A DNA stretch of 61,791 nt, the filler included, from Asterionella formosa (taxonomy: Eukaryota), in assembly GCA_002256025.1 (NCBI GenBank). It is 4 parts of 4 records of this genome, joined end to end, with 100 filler letters (N's around TTAATTAATTAA, not from the genome) between each part and the next. Parts side by side here need not be neighbours in the genome. Positions count along the whole stretch, not along the records: positions 46,441 to 61,791 come from NKIB01005483.1; 3 more parts are not named here. The stretch is one strand, 5' to 3'. Every line of letters begins with the position of its first letter. The stretch's first letter is position 1. The position numbers and the translations under genes are program-made. The notes beneath the pieces were generated by a model. That model saw only the letters and a program-made list of their open reading frames with translations, was not told the DNA's origin and ran no database searches. Positions 60,817-61,791 of the stretch are shown one piece after another.

Positions 60817-61791
60817 GTGGCCAGCCGATACCATTGCTAGCTACAGTAGAAACAAAGGAGCAATTGGTGCGAACTATATTTCCGGTAGCGGTCGAATGAT
60901 GATATACAGAGTAAAAGGTCCCTAGTACGGTACCAGTATATAATGTCTAGCCGTTTGCTGGACGGAATGTTCATATTGCCTCTTGATGCTTAATGCCTGG
61001 TTATGATAAGAGCTCGAACTCGATTTGACGAAATGGAAGTCGCGCGTATTTTTCAAGAAGTACACGAACTTCATTAAATAACGCGAACTTTGTAAGAGAA
61101 CGCGAACTTCGCAGAAGAACGCGCGACTTGATTTTCGAAAGATATTTGAAAAATAAGCGAGCAGCGAGGTCTTTGCATGATACACACAGGGAATTTTCGA
61201 CGTACCGAGAAAGTACGGCGTTTCCCGTAATGTACCCCCCCGGTAATGTTAGGAGTGGACCGTTTAGACATACGTAAGCTACGTAAATGCCGGCATTCCT
61301 TCTTCCTACAGGAATTGATCCGTGGTTCATACGTTTGAAATACATACCGGTATTCTTTCATTGATGATTACCAGTATGGAATCCACCGTCCGCAGGTGAA
61401 GTTCTTTCCTATCAATACATACATAGATAGAGTTTTAGTACGACTGGTATAAAATAACACTTTTGTGCTTTGTTTTTGCAGTTGCATTTTTGTTTTTTGC
61501 CCCATTTCGCTCTGTGATGGACGAAACGAATCATCTCACAAGAGTTGAAGCATCGCAGTCACCGCCTGTGATCCTCCACAATCTAATATACTTCTACTGC
61601 TACTACTTCAACACTCTACCATGTCTACCAATGGCAGTAGCCAAGACAGCGGAGGACTCTTCAATAATTCGAACTTTCTGATTCTGTTTTGGGTTCTGTC
61701 ATTTTTCTTCTTCTTGGTGGCGCCTTTTTGTATCAGCAAGAGAGGTCGTATGAAATGCATCAAGAGGATCCGAGAGCGACGCTGGAATGTG

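Overview
Eukaryotic nuclear DNA, almost certainly from a diatom. The evidence is a bipartite plastid-targeting motif, a DUF6824 gene, CoDi-like Copia elements and short GT-AG introns. The window is four contigs joined by artificial 100-bp spacers (44N-TTAATTAATTAA-44N), so linkage across the joins is unproven. Seven host genes look intact: a thylakoid-lumen protein, a 6-exon PHT1/Pho84-like MFS transporter with an 11-nt micro-exon, a P1B Cu-ATPase, a DUF6824 protein, a VWA alpha2/delta-like membrane protein, a cytochrome P450 cut by a gap, and a secreted 24-repeat LRR protein. The rest is dense, layered mobile DNA: a full-length Copia nested in the probable 5' LTR of a second Copia, two near-identical Gypsy LTRs, an unclassified DNA-transposon family with CGTCTG...CAGACG ends and 2-bp TSDs (one region carries a Ulp1-like protease relic), an 807-bp inverted duplication, a tRNA-headed SINE candidate and a CryptonS tyrosine-recombinase relic. 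The most striking signal is dozens of TA-CCGG-TA and TA-CCWGG-TA palindromes piled up in gene-flanking DNA. One is present in only one LTR of a pair, consistent with serial cut-and-paste excision footprints. All family assignments are from motif recognition by eye; no database search was run.
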